From the IMG/VR virus record IMGVR_UViG_3300002920_000054: a stretch of 64,000 nucleotides of DNA; one strand, 5' to 3'. Below the pieces are notes generated by a model. The model had not been told where the DNA came from, searched no databases, and saw nothing but the letters and a program-made list of their open reading frames with translations. The first letter of the stretch is position 1; the number at the start of each line of letters is the position of its first letter. The translations under genes were made by a program, and so were the position numbers. Shown here one piece after another: positions 56,449 to 63,670 of the stretch. The DNA is from a virus.

Positions 56449-57318
56449 ATGATTAAAGCAATAAAATATCTAATAGTTGGAAGTATTATCGGTATAATAG
56501 CAAGTTTTATATCGATTGGCGCAAATAAAATGTACAAATCATTATTATTTAAGTATGTTAGTAAATCTACTTATAGAGTTTATGGTTATGCGAAAGACCA
56601 AGAAAGCCCATTTGTTTTTGGTTCGGGATTTTATGTAAAAGGTAAATCTGGTAAAGTATATTTTGTAACGGCACGCCATGTTTGTAACGAATTAAAACAA
56701 GGTAAAATTATTTCCGCAGATAATGATTTAAGCTTAACACCTGTGAACAGTTTATCTAGTTTGATTAAACCTGTAGATACTTTAAAAATCGTTAAAATTT
56801 CTGAAAATGCGGATATTTGTATATTATCTGGACAGAAAGATATGCCCACATTATCATTTAATACCAATAAAATTGCAAAAGATCAGGAATTATATTTAAC
56901 GGGTGGTTTTTCTGTATTTCCAACCAACTTACTTTCTGGAAATGCGATTTCTTTTTTACAACAAGTAGAAATACCTATTATGGTCGCAACTTCTGAAGAA
57001 TGTCGTTATAAAAATCAAAAATTATCGTACTTACTAAATGGTAAGCCAGTAGATAAACTACCTGATGTAATTAGGAAATTTGATGATATGTATGGTATTC
57101 CATTTGGACCGATTTTAATACCAGTTGATGTAAGATTGATTTGTAAAGAACGCACTGATATGGTCTTAGTTAATATACCAATACGTGGAGGTAATTCTGG
57201 CGGTGCGGTAGTAGATAGCTTTGGTCGTGTGGTTGGTATTGCAACAGTAGGTGTAGAAAAAGAAATTGGTGGTATGATTCCAGCCTCAGAAATTGTCAAA
57301 GAACTAGAGGATTTATAA
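56449..57318 (+). CDS. Membrane-anchored trypsin-like (S1) serine protease
   Basis: N-terminal TM; GSGF, VTARHV (His), ADICIL (Asp), GGNSGGAVV (Ser). Confidence 0.85.
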   Translation: MIKAIKYLIVGSIIGIIASFISIGANKMYKSLLFKYVSKSTYRVYGYAKDQESPFVFGSGFYVKGKSGKVYFVTARHVCNELKQGKIISADNDLSLTPVNSLSSLIKPVDTLKIVKISENADICILSGQKDMPTLSFNTNKIAKDQELYLTGGFSVFPTNLLSGNAISFLQQVEIPIMVATSEECRYKNQKLSYLLNGKPVDKLPDVIRKFDDMYGIPFGPILIPVDVRLICKERTDMVLVNIPIRGGNSGGAVVDSFGRVVGIATVGVEKEIGGMIPASEIVKELEDL

Positions 57319-57659
57319 TGAATTATACAATGTTATTTTTACTTGGAGTGTCGCTAAAACAAGCGACACCTATCCCACCAAAATATACCTTAGCTTACGA
57401 TAATACAATGAGTGCGATGTACTCGCAAACTGAAATTCCAAAACTTGCTCAAAATGCTAAAATGTTTTTTAAAACTCAATTGAATAGTCTGTTTTTTGAT
57501 GTGTTACTGTTTAGTTCTGGGTTAGGAGCGCAAGCTTTAACTCGCAAAGCAATTCAAATACAAAATTTATCACTTAATGAAATCTGCAAAGTTGGGTTAC
57601 AAGCTAATATAGGTAGAGATTTAGGCGGAGCAATTTCAGTACAATTTAATCTAAATTAA
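57318..57659 (+). CDS. Hypothetical exported protein (113 aa) with a beta-signal-like C-terminus
   Basis: Hydrophobic N-terminus; ends GGAISVQFNLN. Confidence 0.55.
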   Translation: MNYTMLFLLGVSLKQATPIPPKYTLAYDNTMSAMYSQTEIPKLAQNAKMFFKTQLNSLFFDVLLFSSGLGAQALTRKAIQIQNLSLNEICKVGLQANIGRDLGGAISVQFNLN

Positions 57660-57670
57660 ACATCATCATC

Positions 57671-57973
57671 TTATTTAAAATGTTTGTAGTTTTTATCTTC
57701 GGCATCGCAATAAATGCAGAACCTACTAAAGTGTCTAAATAATTCATAAGTTTCCCAGAAATGACTACAATTTTTCTGAAGCTCGTCTAAGTCTTTTTGC
57801 AAGCTTTCTAATCTTTCTGCTTCTTTTTTACTTAAAAATGACCCTTTATTTTTTAGAGATTTAATCTCTTCTATTAAATATTTTGCTTTATCGGTAAGTG
57901 CACTTTGAGGTTTTAGATTTAAATTAAGTTGCCCATCAAGATAGTCGCTATAATCAAAATAATCATCTGACAT
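57671..57973 (-). CDS. Hypothetical protein with a C-terminal Cys/His cluster
   Basis: NCSHFW...FCIYCD; AGGAGG RBS. Confidence 0.7.
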   Translation of the reverse strand: MSDDYFDYSDYLDGQLNLNLKPQSALTDKAKYLIEEIKSLKNKGSFLSKKEAERLESLQKDLDELQKNCSHFWETYELFRHFSRFCIYCDAEDKNYKHFK

Positions 57974-58072
57974 ATCTAATCAGCCTCCTATTTTTATACT
58001 ATAAAATATAAAAAAATCAACTTTTTTAACTTGAAAAATTTTATATGTTAAAAAATTGACATTTTTTTAATA

Positions 58073-58480
58073 TTATGGAATAAAAAACCTCTTATTTGAT
58101 TTTGGTGGTAAGATTTGAAAATGCACCCAATTAGGTGTATAGTTAAAATCTTCCATCCAAAGTCCTATAGCTTCAATCTTAGGTAGATTATTTAAAATCC
58201 AAGTTTGTAGTTCTTTTTTAGGGTCTGCAATATCACATGCGGCACCTATTAAGTGTTTGGATTGCATAGGTATTTTAGACTTATCTGTAATACCTTTAGC
58301 TGCATAAATACGCAAATGGTCTTCCATCGACCTATAGCCTGAAGTAACTATCATTGGTTTACCGTACAACAATCGGACTTGATTGATTTTTTCCAATAAA
58401 ATCTTTAAATTTTCTTGATGTTCTTTAGGTAATGTTATAAATTGATATTTATTATTTAATAATTCTTTTAGTGAAATCAT
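58073..58480 (-). CDS. Peptidase M15-family endolysin candidate
   Basis: VTSGYRS, SKHLIGAACDI (H..D), WVHFQ (His). Confidence 0.85.
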   Translation of the reverse strand: MISLKELLNNKYQFITLPKEHQENLKILLEKINQVRLLYGKPMIVTSGYRSMEDHLRIYAAKGITDKSKIPMQSKHLIGAACDIADPKKELQTWILNNLPKIEAIGLWMEDFNYTPNWVHFQILPPKSNKRFFIP

Positions 58481-58489
58481 ATATTTAGT

Positions 58490-58497
58490 AGATTAGG
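58490..58497 (-). promoter_or_regulatory. Putative late promoter box CCTAATCT
   Basis: Exact motif 9 nt upstream of the endolysin ATG, 34 kb from the other copies. Confidence 0.65.
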
Positions 58498-58580
58498 TTT
58501 ATATTTATTGCAAAATAACAAGTATAACTTGTGAAATTTTAAGAATTGCAAACCTATTCAATTTATAGTATAATAGTATT

Positions 58581-58658
58581 ATGATATTTATACTAGAATT
58601 TATGTTGGCCGTTAGTTTCTTTAGTTCGTTAATTTTATTACTCAGACATAGGAGATAA
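58581..58658 (+). CDS. 25-aa single-pass membrane micropeptide (MIFILEFMLAVSFFSSLILLLRHRR)
   Basis: Translated by hand; TAGTAT boxes at 58566 and 58574 directly upstream; stop 2 nt before the next ATG. Confidence 0.45.
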   Translation: MIFILEFMLAVSFFSSLILLLRHRR

Positions 58659-58660
58659 GT

Positions 58661-59050
58661 ATGAATACATTAGTAGGGCTACTATTGCTATCGGTTTTAT
58701 TTGGATTAGCGTATTATGTGGTTAATTCTGTGAGGAAAGAAACGATTGAGAAATGCCATCGTATTACTTTAAACGATTTGTTTCATAATCAACTTCCAAA
58801 TACTAGCTTATTTTTAGATGGGGATACACCTTACAGTAGTCGTATTGAAGTGTATAATGATAATGAAGATTTAATTATGACCGCTAAACAACCCCCTAAG
58901 TTTAATTTAATTAAATATCTGTATAATTTGTCTGACAAAATAGCTATTGCATATAAAAAAGTGGACGATGTGAAAAGTATTTTTATTGTTAGAGATTGTA
59001 TGTCAGATAAAATATATCTTTTGATACAATATTTTGACGTTAAAAAATAA
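58661..59050 (+). CDS. Membrane-anchored hypothetical protein (129 aa)
   Basis: N-terminal TM LVGLLLLSVLFGLAYYVV; AGGAG RBS. Confidence 0.7.
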   Translation: MNTLVGLLLLSVLFGLAYYVVNSVRKETIEKCHRITLNDLFHNQLPNTSLFLDGDTPYSSRIEVYNDNEDLIMTAKQPPKFNLIKYLYNLSDKIAIAYKKVDDVKSIFIVRDCMSDKIYLLIQYFDVKK

Positions 59051-59061
59051 AGGAGGTATTT

Positions 59062-59358
59062 ATGAAATTAAAAATAATAGATAAAATACAAAATAAAGTA
59101 AATATCAATAAAATTATTCAAAAGAGTGAAACGTGTATAAAACAGTTAAATACTAAAAAAAATATAACTATAAATAATTTGAAATTTATAGGTAAAAGTA
59201 TTAAAAGTTTTATTACATCCAGAGTAGGAGTAATTTTATGGCTAATTGTAAGCAGTTTATTGTTTTGTTTTGCTTTATTGATTATTATAATTCGGGCAAT
59301 AAGGTCTATGTATATTGATATAATCAGTATAATTAAGAAAATGCTGGGAGGTAAATAA
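59062..59358 (+). CDS. Basic single-TM protein (98 aa); holin-like candidate
   Basis: Long hydrophobic segment VGVILWLIVSSLLFCFALLIIII; AGGAGG RBS. Confidence 0.55.
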   Translation: MKLKIIDKIQNKVNINKIIQKSETCIKQLNTKKNITINNLKFIGKSIKSFITSRVGVILWLIVSSLLFCFALLIIIIRAIRSMYIDIISIIKKMLGGK

Positions 59359-59666
59359 TGCATTCAGCTTTACCAGATAGCTTAAAATATATTTCCTTAG
59401 AAGACACAGAAGTAATACCTGAAAGTATAGTAAAAGTATGGGAAGATGGTTATTTTGTTGGTGTATATCATCAACCTGCGGGTTTTATACTTGGGCAGTA
59501 TTTAAAAGACCGTTTTACTAATTATTTTATTAAACCTAAGACTGAAGATGGGAAAATTACATTTGAATTATTTAAAATACAAGATGGGAAAATTGGCGAC
59601 AGAAAATTTATATTCATGCAAGTACCCATATCACCTCTTAAGCCTATAAACTATTGTAAATTTTAA
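59358..59666 (+). CDS. Hypothetical protein (102 aa)
   Basis: ORF track; GGAGG RBS; coupled. Confidence 0.65.
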   Translation: MHSALPDSLKYISLEDTEVIPESIVKVWEDGYFVGVYHQPAGFILGQYLKDRFTNYFIKPKTEDGKITFELFKIQDGKIGDRKFIFMQVPISPLKPINYCKF

Positions 59667-59675
59667 GGAGTAGAG

Positions 59676-60173
59676 ATGAAAAAATTAGTTTGGTTATTGT
59701 TATTGATTAGTGTACAATTAGCTTTTGGAATTGAAAAGGATATGTTTATAAAATATGGACTCGGTGTACCCACTTCATCTTATCATAAATTAGCTGACAT
59801 GAAACTAATGAGTTTGGGGCAAAAAGAGCATTTAAGGTTATTCACAATGAAATGGGAATTAGGTTATTACGCTGATAACAGAATATACCTTACAGGTTTA
59901 AAAAATAGTGGGTTTTTATCGGTACAAATCGGTGTAGAACCTAGATGGGATTATTTTTACGTTTCAATGTTAAGTGGAATAGGGTTAATTACTAATCCCG
60001 ACAGTATGTTAGGTAGTAGTTTTCAATTTTTCCATGACTTTGCGGTGGGTGTAAAAGACGCGCGTAATGTAGGAGTTGGTTTTTATTATAAACACATTAG
60101 TAACGCTGGAATTAAGATGCCAAATTATGGACGTGATTTCTTTGGCATTGAATTTTTTATACCAATAAAATGA
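59676..60173 (+). CDS. pagL: PagL-like lipid A 3-O-deacylase (outer-membrane beta-barrel)
   Basis: Signal peptide MKKLVWLLLLISVQLAFG; alternating beta-strands; YKHISNAGIKMPNYGRD matches the PagL H-x-S-N-A-G...P-N-x-G catalytic motif. Confidence 0.72.
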   Translation: MKKLVWLLLLISVQLAFGIEKDMFIKYGLGVPTSSYHKLADMKLMSLGQKEHLRLFTMKWELGYYADNRIYLTGLKNSGFLSVQIGVEPRWDYFYVSMLSGIGLITNPDSMLGSSFQFFHDFAVGVKDARNVGVGFYYKHISNAGIKMPNYGRDFFGIEFFIPIK

Positions 60174-60813
60174 TAAAAGAGAAATATCAAGTAAAACTTA
60201 TAGAAAATAAAGATGCGTATTATTTTTTACTAAATATACATTACGCTCGGAGAATACCATCTATTAGCTATACTTTTGGATTATTTCATTTAGATGAATT
60301 GGTTGAGGTTGTTTGTTATGGCACTCCGCCCTCTCCCACATTAAGAAATGGTATTGCGAGTCCAGAAATGCGCATCGGATATTGGAATTAAACAGGCTAT
60401 GTTTGTTGTATAATAGAAAAAATGAGGCAAGTTTTTTAGTTTCTAGGAGTTTAAAAATGTTACCAAAAGGTAAAATTATAATTAGCTTTGCAGATATATC
60501 TCAAGGACACGTTGGTTATGTTTACCAAGCATGTAACTTTACTTATCATGGATTATCGGCTAAAAGGCCAGTCTATTGCTTAAAAAATGCGCCACATTTA
60601 CATGGAATAACTATTTTTGATATTGTTAGAGGTCAAAAAAATAGAAGCCAAGCGTTGAAAGAAAAATTTGGCGATAATTTTTATTACAAGCCTCGCCCTC
60701 GTAAACATAGATATATTTTTATTACAGGAGATGCAAAAACGCGACAAGAGTTGTACAAACAAATAAGATACCCACAACAACCTTATCCTAAAAAGAATGA
60801 GGAGGAAAAATGA
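60170..60813 (+). pseudogene. mom: Mom-like DNA-modifying GNAT protein split by a frameshift near 60364-60369
   Basis: ORF1 HYARRIPS...CYGTPPSP; ORF2 (-1 frame) ILELNRL...ISFADISQGHVGYVYQACNF. Restoring one A in ccagaaatgcg gives SPENAHRILELNRL. Confidence 0.7.
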
Positions 60814-61544
60814 AAAGTAGTAGCTATCTTGCAAGTTTAGTTGCAGTAATTTTTATTATATCTAATTTTATTTTAGCGGATACTGATAATCGTGTTAAAA
60901 TAGCTATTATTGATAGCGGTATTGAATATAGAGATGAGTTAAAGCCTTATCTTTGCAAAACAGGTCATAAAAATTTTACTAGTATTCCTATGGATTTTAA
61001 AGCTGAACATGGTACTAATATCGCGGCTATTATTGCTCAAAGGTTAGATGCGAGTAAAGAATGTATTATAATGGTAAAATACTATGACCCGTACGCCGCA
61101 GACGATGTGCAAGCTGATTTATTCGTACAAGCAATAAAATACGTTTCTACTCTACCAATTAAATTTTTAAATTTAAGTGTAAGTGGTAAAGCAAAAAGCA
61201 ATGAAGAGAGATTATATTTACAAAAAATGTTAGACAATGATGTTAGGATAATTGTGTCGGCTGGGAATAATAATCAAGATTTGACCTTAAAATGCAATAT
61301 TTACCCAGCATGTTATTATTTTGGGTCTCCATTATTTCATGTGGTTGCAAATGGCAAAAAAACAACGTATTTAACTATACATACTCATTTAAGTAATTGG
61401 GGTGGCCCTGTTACTGATTGGGCTTGGGGGGTAGATGTAAAAGCTGGTGGTTATACAATGAGTGGTACAAGTCAAGCTGCTGCTATTGTAACAGGTAAGC
61501 TTGTTGAAGAATATAGAAAATATAAAGAAATGATTAGGAGGTAA
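60810..61544 (+). CDS. Secreted subtilisin-like (S8) serine protease
   Basis: Signal peptide; IAIIDSG (Asp), HGTNIA (His), SAGNN (oxyanion Asn), SGTSQAA (Ser). Confidence 0.88.
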   Translation: MKSSSYLASLVAVIFIISNFILADTDNRVKIAIIDSGIEYRDELKPYLCKTGHKNFTSIPMDFKAEHGTNIAAIIAQRLDASKECIIMVKYYDPYAADDVQADLFVQAIKYVSTLPIKFLNLSVSGKAKSNEERLYLQKMLDNDVRIIVSAGNNNQDLTLKCNIYPACYYFGSPLFHVVANGKKTTYLTIHTHLSNWGGPVTDWAWGVDVKAGGYTMSGTSQAAAIVTGKLVEEYRKYKEMIRR

Positions 61545-61549
61545 CATTT

Positions 61550-61670
61550 TTGAACTACCACTAGGCTAAAGCCATAGTGGATTCCTAAGTACAGAGTTCT
61601 ATCGAACTCTAATTGATTAGGCTATCCCCGTAGTCCCTACGGTTAATCGCAAGGCTTCCTTGCGAAGATA
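61550..61670 (-). ncRNA. Orphan IS200/IS605-type right end / TnpB omegaRNA-like structured element
   Basis: Four stem-loops (61647-65, 61628-42, 61593-61610, 61558-80). The minus strand reads accgtagggactacggggatagcc (TVGTTGIA, a typical tnpB tail)...ccactatggctttagcctagtggtagttca. Confidence 0.65.
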
Positions 61671-61678
61671 TAAATTTT

Positions 61679-62122
61679 TTAAATATCCAAAGGTTCATAA
61701 ATATAAATATCGATTGTTAAGTCTTTTAATTTATCTTCTATGATTTGCTTAACCTTAGGCCATTCAAGCCCGCCGTTACCTACTCCTAATGCTGGGATAG
61801 CTATACTTTTAATATCGAAAATTTCAATTTGTTTTTTAAGAGTTTCTAAGCCTTTTATAATAAAATCGTATTTAGAAGGGTTTTTCCAATCTACTTTAGT
61901 TGGGAAATTGATTATTATTTTGCCACTATCAAATGTTAAGAAAGGTCTTCCAATTTGTATATATTTATTTTCACAAGCTTTTTTGTATAATTTATAATTT
62001 AAAGGGAAAGTTTTTTTAAATTGCAAGGCAAGTCCTTTACCCATCACTCCGACGATATTAACTGGATTGACAAGAGCTTGTGCGTTACTTTCCAAGATAT
62101 TGCCTCTAATATATTTAATCAT
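61679..62122 (-). CDS. Macrodomain ADP-ribose glycohydrolase (DarG/Poa1-like)
   Basis: GNIL, LVNPVNIVGVMGKGLALQFK, IINFPTK.DW, SIAIPALGVGNGGLEW. Confidence 0.88.
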   Translation of the reverse strand: MIKYIRGNILESNAQALVNPVNIVGVMGKGLALQFKKTFPLNYKLYKKACENKYIQIGRPFLTFDSGKIIINFPTKVDWKNPSKYDFIIKGLETLKKQIEIFDIKSIAIPALGVGNGGLEWPKVKQIIEDKLKDLTIDIYIYEPLDI

Positions 62123-62242
62123 ATAGTTTATAGTTTAAAATACCATAATTTATTAAAAATTTAGCCGACTTTTTTGAGAAAATGGTTAGTGTTAAAAATA
62201 AATAAAAATAATAAAAAATATTAAAAATTTTAATAAAATTAG

Positions 62243-62271
62243 TTGACGTTAAAGCAAATATATGTTATAAT
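62243..62271 (+). promoter_or_regulatory. Sigma70 promoter of the IS607 tnpA
   Basis: TTGACG (62243)-17 nt-TATAAT (62266), with an extended -10 TG. Confidence 0.8.
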
Positions 62272-62292
62272 CATCTTATAGAGGTGATTATA

Positions 62293-63273
62293 ATGAAATC
62301 CAAAGAAGTATTAGAATTATTACAAATAACAAGACCTACTCTAACAAAATATGTAAAAGAAGATTTAATAAAAGTAAATATTTTGCCTAATGGTAGATAT
62401 GACTATGATAAAGATAGTGTATATAAATTGTTTAATAAGGGCATAGAAAGAAAAACATATATTTATGCAAGGGTTTCTACTCCAAAACAAAAAGCTGATT
62501 TAGAAAACCAAATACAAATATTAAAACAATTTTGTTTTAGCAATGGTTATTGTATATCAAAAATATTTTCAGATATAGCAAGTGGAATAAGTTTTGAAAA
62601 AAGAAAAGACTTTTTTAAAATGCTGGATGATGTAATTGCAGGCAAGGTAGAAAGAGTTGTAATAACTTATAAAGATAGATTAAGTAGAGTAGGTTTTGAA
62701 TTATTTTATCATTTGTTTAAAAAATATAATTGTGAAATAGTTGTTATAAGTGAAGTTGCCAAAAGGATGAATAATCTTGATTATACTAAAAGAATGAACA
62801 AATTAACAGTTAAAAGAAACAATAAAATTAATGACTTTATTCATAAAGCGAGCAAATGGGTAGTAGATTATGCTTTAGCATTAGATACAAACACAATAAT
62901 TATAGGAAACAATAAAGATTGGAAACGAAAAAGTAAAATGAGTAAAAAGGTCAATCAATCTTTTGTAGGCATACCATATCAAGAATTTATAAATAAAATA
63001 GTTTATAAAGCAGAGAATGTAGGTATTAAAGTAATACTCACCGAAGAAAGTTATACAAGTGGAACATCATTTTTAGATGGTGAGTTACCAATAAAAGAGA
63101 ATTATAATAAGAGCAGAAGAATATTTAGAGGATTATTTAGAAGCAATAAAGGTAAATTGATTAATGCAGATTTAAATGCTTCTTATCAAATAATAAGAAA
63201 AGTATTTCCTGAAGCGTTTGCAGAGGGAATAGAGGGTGTCGGGTTACACCCAATCAGAGTAAACATAGCTTGA
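62293..63273 (+). CDS. tnpA/tnpB: In-frame TnpA(IS607)-TnpB fusion created by internal deletion
   Basis: MKSKEVLELLQITRPTL (MerR HTH), YARVSTPKQ (catalytic Ser), then after SEV switches to tnpB KRNNKINDFIHKAS...TEESYTS...INADLNAS; RuvC-I absent. Confidence 0.85.
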   Translation: MKSKEVLELLQITRPTLTKYVKEDLIKVNILPNGRYDYDKDSVYKLFNKGIERKTYIYARVSTPKQKADLENQIQILKQFCFSNGYCISKIFSDIASGISFEKRKDFFKMLDDVIAGKVERVVITYKDRLSRVGFELFYHLFKKYNCEIVVISEVAKRMNNLDYTKRMNKLTVKRNNKINDFIHKASKWVVDYALALDTNTIIIGNNKDWKRKSKMSKKVNQSFVGIPYQEFINKIVYKAENVGIKVILTEESYTSGTSFLDGELPIKENYNKSRRIFRGLFRSNKGKLINADLNASYQIIRKVFPEAFAEGIEGVGLHPIRVNIA

Positions 63274-63421
63274 AATATGTTGACTGATGAATCATTTTAT
63301 TAAAATTTATAATGATTTTTATGAATTTTAATAAAATGGATAACCTGTACAAAACAATTTAATTGATTATCCATAAAATCGGTTTTTAAAATAAAAGTAA
63401 TAACAAAGAAAGGAGCAAAAT

Positions 63422-63667
63422 ATGAAATCAGTCTATAGTATATGGGTTAAACACCCTGAATGGGAAAAAGAAATTTTAATTGATTCTGGAATAATTAACG
63501 TAGAAGCGGTATTAAGAAAACTTCAAAAATGCTTAAACGATAATGAAGTAGTAGATATTTTAATTCAAAAAAGAAAACTTGATCATGATACAGTAGAATC
63601 TGATAGACCTACCTTAAGAGACACTCTAGAATGTTTAGAAAAATTGAATAAAAGACACAAAAAATAA
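63422..63667 (+). CDS. Hypothetical protein (81 aa)
   Basis: ORF track; AAGGAG RBS. Confidence 0.7.
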   Translation: MKSVYSIWVKHPEWEKEILIDSGIINVEAVLRKLQKCLNDNEVVDILIQKRKLDHDTVESDRPTLRDTLECLEKLNKRHKK

Positions 63668-63670
63668 TTA

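Larger units (their letters stand above)
62141..63346 (+). mobile_element. Internally deleted IS607-family element (left boundary approximate)
   Basis: MerR-HTH plus serine-recombinase TnpA and a TnpB C-terminal half. tttattaaaa/aattttaataaaat motifs occur at both ends. The right end is defined by the duplicate at 51003-51217. Confidence 0.8.

Noticed and set aside
60364-60369. Programmed -1 ribosomal frameshift in the mom-like gene
   Set aside because: No X XXY YYZ slippery heptamer or obvious downstream structure; a simple deletion explains it.
60453-60464. 12-nt match (aaaaatgttacc) between the flank of the 61550 element and the mom-like gene, suggesting RNA-guided targeting
   Set aside because: AT-rich and short, with a rough chance expectation of a few percent per window before multiple testing; no cognate TnpB or TAM known.
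61531-61621. Two CCTAATCA near-matches to the late box
   Set aside because: Last base differs, neither precedes a minus-strand gene start, and one is part of the IS-end structure.
2377-61997. Many antisense or alternate-frame ORFs (e.g. 2377-2568, 3494-3679, 13009-13209, 19666-19878, 23798-24100, 32412-32966, 37101-37496, 51899-52444, 53144-53563, 57015-57299, 61740-61997)
   Set aside because: They lie wholly within well-supported genes, lack an RBS, and have shadow-frame composition.
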